Shown: positions 60,888 to 64,000 of the stretch, piece by piece | Layout: each line of letters starts with the position of its first letter | Position numbering within the stretch: the first letter of the stretch is position 1 | Assembly (NCBI RefSeq): GCF_014697575.1 | Contig: NZ_JACJSC010000008.1 | Coordinates: forward strand, 93,075 to 157,074 | From: Planktothrix sp. FACHB-1365 | GTDB lineage: Bacteria > Cyanobacteriota > Cyanobacteriia > Cyanobacteriales > Microcoleaceae | Direction of reading: 5' to 3' | DNA: 64,000 bases | Position numbers and translations under genes: made by a program | The notes under the pieces: generated by a model | What the model was told of the DNA's origin: nothing | Database searches by the model: none | The model's input: the letters and a program-made list of their open reading frames with translations, nothing else

Positions 60888-62624
60888 TTGGGAAGGTTTT
60901 CCTCCTCGCTCGCTTATAGACGAGGCTTCCAACCTTCCCATGTTTTTCTTGTGAAACTACCCAACGAGAAGATTAATTTGATGGCACGTCTCAATCACTC
61001 AACCCTTCGTCGGCTTCAAAATTTACCCCAAATTCCCAGTGTGTGGGAAGGGGATCGACGTCCCATGGCGACGGATACGAATCCCAGTATTGATGCAGAC
61101 TCCGAAGCACCGGGCGAATGTATTATTTGGGTGGACGGTTCTCAGGGGATGGTGCGAGCAATGGATATGGTTCCAACGGATATGGGGCCAGAAGCAATTG
61201 TGCGGACGTTACTACGAGCAATGGAACATCCCCAAAGTCCCGCACCTGTGGCTCGTCCTCAAAAAATAGTCGTTAAAGATCGCGAAATTCAATTTTTCCT
61301 GCGGGGTGTTCTGCAAGATTTAGAAATTGTGATTGAATATGTCCCGGATTTACCTCTAATTGATGAAATTTTTCGGGGGTTGCAAGAAGTAGCGGAAAGT
61401 CGCCCCCCTCAACTCCCCCTGCAATATGCGGAAATTGTTACAGAAAAAGCTTATCAGATTTGGAAAGATGCGCCTTGGGAACGCTTAGGAGAACATCAAA
61501 TTATTTCCATTGAATTGAATCTCTTTGGAATTGATACCTTATATATCTCTACCTTGGGTAAACTGGGGATGGATTATGGGGTATTAATGTATCGTTCTTT
61601 GGACTCGTTAAAACGGTTTCGAGAGCGAGTTGTGAAAAATAAATCCTATGATAATTTAGAAGAAGCTTTTTTAACTCAAGATTGTTTATTTGTCACCTTT
61701 GATCGAGAAGATGATTTGGATGAAGATGAAGATGAAGATGATTTTATTAACCTCGCCAGCTTACCTTTATCGGAAATTCAACCCAATTTTGGTAATCTTC
61801 ATCCCTTAGAAGGATTACGTTCAATTTTGTATGATGAAGAAGCGGCTGTTGTTTTAGTGGCATTAGAAGCACTACATCGATTTTTACGCGATAATAGTCA
61901 AAAATTAGTTCGATATCAATTCCCCAGTCTTAACCGTCGATATCGGATTCCGATTAATTTACCCGATGGGGAGAAAAAACAGGTATCGGTGAAGGTAGAA
62001 ACCTTACCTGATATTGCCGATGAATTAGCTGCAATGACTTCTGATGACGAATCAGAAGACGAAGAACTAGAGGTCGAAGTTCCTCGGTTACGCGATGATT
62101 TAGTTCCTCCTAAATCGTTCTTAAGTTTAGGTGTTGTTCCTTGGGAAACTGCCAAATATTTACGGAGTAATACCCAATTTCATCAAGCCGCCGAGGGGGA
62201 AATTCCTGAAGTTGGAGATGGTTTACCTGTGGTTGTTATTCAAACCTCTAAACCCAAAGCAGAACTGTTAATTCGCAGTTTACAAGAAGCGGGAGGGCTC
62301 GAAGGCATTTGTTTTAATCCCGGTGAAGACCCCATGGCGGGACGCAATTATGATTTAGGAATTTTGAAAACGGAAGATGGAGATTTACATTTATTTGGAG
62401 AGTTTATCGAAGATGATCCCGTTCATCAAGAAGCGCGCAAAAAATGGGAACAACGGTGTAAAAAAACCAAAGGTTGGTGTGGTTTAATTATTGCCATGGG
62501 ATTAACCGGGGCTTCACGGGGTCAACCTCAATTTAAGGATATGATGGCATTGTTAGAAGTTCGTTCTATTCCTTCTCAAGAGTTAGGTTTAGGGCCATTA
62601 CAATTAATTCCAGCCCCGTTTTAA
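60888..62624 (+). CDS. Hypothetical acidic protein (578 aa), no recognised domain
   Basis: A long ORF with a native-like TTA/AAA bias and D/E-rich stretches (DREDDLDEDEDEDDF; SDDESEDEELEVE). The true start is likely internal (MARLNHSTLRRL... at ~60981). Confidence 0.5.
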   Translation: MGRFSSSLAYRRGFQPSHVFLVKLPNEKINLMARLNHSTLRRLQNLPQIPSVWEGDRRPMATDTNPSIDADSEAPGECIIWVDGSQGMVRAMDMVPTDMGPEAIVRTLLRAMEHPQSPAPVARPQKIVVKDREIQFFLRGVLQDLEIVIEYVPDLPLIDEIFRGLQEVAESRPPQLPLQYAEIVTEKAYQIWKDAPWERLGEHQIISIELNLFGIDTLYISTLGKLGMDYGVLMYRSLDSLKRFRERVVKNKSYDNLEEAFLTQDCLFVTFDREDDLDEDEDEDDFINLASLPLSEIQPNFGNLHPLEGLRSILYDEEAAVVLVALEALHRFLRDNSQKLVRYQFPSLNRRYRIPINLPDGEKKQVSVKVETLPDIADELAAMTSDDESEDEELEVEVPRLRDDLVPPKSFLSLGVVPWETAKYLRSNTQFHQAAEGEIPEVGDGLPVVVIQTSKPKAELLIRSLQEAGGLEGICFNPGEDPMAGRNYDLGILKTEDGDLHLFGEFIEDDPVHQEARKKWEQRCKKTKGWCGLIIAMGLTGASRGQPQFKDMMALLEVRSIPSQELGLGPLQLIPAPF

Positions 62625-62703
62625 AAACATCCCCCCTAAAAAAGGGGGGGAATTGATGGATTAGGAGTTAGGAAAATATTGATTTTCCTATTAATTCCTG
62701 TTT

Positions 62704-63666
62704 CTAAAAATCCCACATCACTGGATTATCATCTAAATGATCTGTAACAGTGCGCCCAATTTGGTCGATTTCTGCTAAATCTTCGGGGGTGATTTTAATA
62801 GTACCAGCATGAGTATTTTGTTCAGCTTGTTCTGCATTTCTAAACCCGACAATTGCATGAGTTTGGGGTTGAGAAATTAACCAAGCGATCGCTAATTCCC
62901 CTAATGTACATTGATAACGTTCTGCAATGGGTCGCAATTGTTCTAAGGCATTTTGTACCCGTTGATAATGATCTTTATTCGCAAATAATTTATTTTTAGA
63001 TCGATGATCTCCTTCCGCAAATTGATGATTGGGGCCGAATTTTCCCGTTAATAATCCTTGAGCTAGGGGAGAATAAGCTAAAATTGAAATCTTTTGTTCA
63101 ATACAATAAGACATGGCATCTTGTTCGACCTTTCGCCAGAATAAAGAATAGGGGGGCTGTAAACTTTCAATTCTTCCATATTGGCTGGCTTCTTCCAATT
63201 GTGTTCGGGAAAAATTAGAAACCCCAATCCCTCGAATTTTTCCTTGTTCTTTTAAGTGATTTAAGGCTTTCATTGTTTCTTCAATCGGGACTATTTCTGA
63301 ATTGAAAGAGCCTGATGGCCAGTGTATTTGATATAAATCAATATAATCGGTATTCAGATTTTTTAAAGATTGTTCACAAGCTGCAATCACTTGATCATAT
63401 TTCAAATGATTAGCAAATACTTTACTCGCATAAACGACTTGATCTCGGACATCAGATAAAGCTTGGGCTACAATTTGTTCCGAGTGCCCTTCTCCATAGA
63501 CTTCTGCTGTATCAATGGTTGTAATTCCCGCCTCAAAACCAGCACGAATTGCTTTAATGGTTTCTGCATCTTCAATTCCTACCCACATTCGTTTTCCGGC
63601 TTGCCAAGTTCCGATTAAAAGGGGAGTAATTAGAATATCAGATTGACCTAGAGTTCGTTTTTCCAT
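62704..63666 (-). CDS. Aldo/keto reductase family oxidoreductase
   Basis: GTWQAG...IDTAEVYGEGHSEQIV (catalytic Asp/Tyr region), ...HWPS..., GVSNFS and the 320-aa length are typical of the AKR (Tas/YghZ-like) family. Confidence 0.88.
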   Translation of the reverse strand: MEKRTLGQSDILITPLLIGTWQAGKRMWVGIEDAETIKAIRAGFEAGITTIDTAEVYGEGHSEQIVAQALSDVRDQVVYASKVFANHLKYDQVIAACEQSLKNLNTDYIDLYQIHWPSGSFNSEIVPIEETMKALNHLKEQGKIRGIGVSNFSRTQLEEASQYGRIESLQPPYSLFWRKVEQDAMSYCIEQKISILAYSPLAQGLLTGKFGPNHQFAEGDHRSKNKLFANKDHYQRVQNALEQLRPIAERYQCTLGELAIAWLISQPQTHAIVGFRNAEQAEQNTHAGTIKITPEDLAEIDQIGRTVTDHLDDNPVMWDF

Positions 63667-63734
63667 ATTGAGTTTCCTAGTTTCAGGTTATTATTATATA
63701 TAATATAATAGAAAATCAGCATCTATAATTATAA

Positions 63735-64000
63735 TGATGAACACTTTAACAAATCATGCTCTTAAAGAATGGAATATTACCATTCAAGCCTTAGAACAAG
63801 GTGAAACAATTATGTTATTGAGAAAAGGAGGAATTCGGGAACAAAACGGAAAATTCAAGGTTGATCAGAACAAAATTCTGCTCTATCCCACCTTTGAACA
63901 TCAAAAACCCACTTTATTAAAACCTAAATATTCTCATCTTGTACAACCTGTTTCTTCAGGTTGGCATCCTGAAACAGTTAAAATTAGTAGTTTTGCAGAA
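63735..64000 (+). CDS. Conserved hypothetical protein, 5' part (partial; runs off the window edge)
   Basis: Open frame from ATG at 63735 to the edge: MMNTLTNHALKEWNITIQALEQGETIMLLRKGGIREQNGKFKVDQNKILLYPTFEHQKP... It resembles a cyanobacterial DUF-type (DUF1802-like) family from memory only. Confidence 0.35.

Noticed and set aside
60888-62624. 578-aa protein considered as the missing TpsB partner or an immunity protein of the CHAT effector
   Set aside because: It is acidic and soluble, with no signal peptide, POTRA-like region or amphipathic beta-strand periodicity. Nothing ties it to the upstream gene beyond adjacency.

Overview
This is a 64-kb cyanobacterial chromosomal window. It is AT-rich with a strong TTA/AAA codon bias and carries heptanucleotide STRR-type tandem repeats and MITE-like hairpin elements. 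Photosynthesis and housekeeping genes are clear: psaB, petC-petA, ispG, ctpA, dgkA, an IscA/HesB protein, pterin-4a-carbinolamine dehydratase, a Gpt-like phosphoribosyltransferase, a VKOR-thioredoxin fusion and two ABC permeases. A co-oriented block (~14.2-18.5 kb) encodes polytopic membrane proteins, a polysaccharide deacetylase and a YbaY-like lipoprotein. Signalling genes include an OmpR-type response regulator translationally coupled to a partial histidine kinase, a GAF/HD-GYP protein, and a 2122-aa Ser/Thr-kinase-AAA-TPR-GAF-PAS-class III cyclase protein. The accessory content worth a second look is: (i) a block at ~26.6-32.2 kb with atypical codon usage, holding an orphan ParD-like antitoxin, a 1487-aa protein built round an SF1 (UvrD-like) helicase core, and a truncated gene whose product aligns strikingly with the N-terminus of eukaryotic major vault protein; (ii) a 938-aa NERD-SF1 helicase-pentapeptide-repeat protein; (iii) a 2689-aa secreted TPS (filamentous-haemagglutinin N-terminal) - beta-helical repeat - CHAT protease protein with no TpsB partner in the window; (iv) a stand-alone, divergent psaB with no psaA upstream; (v) two inverted ~110-bp MITE copies and a wider family of TGTAGAGACGTT...AACGTCTCTACA palindromes at gene 3' ends. 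All calls rest on motif reading and recalled family knowledge; no database search was possible.
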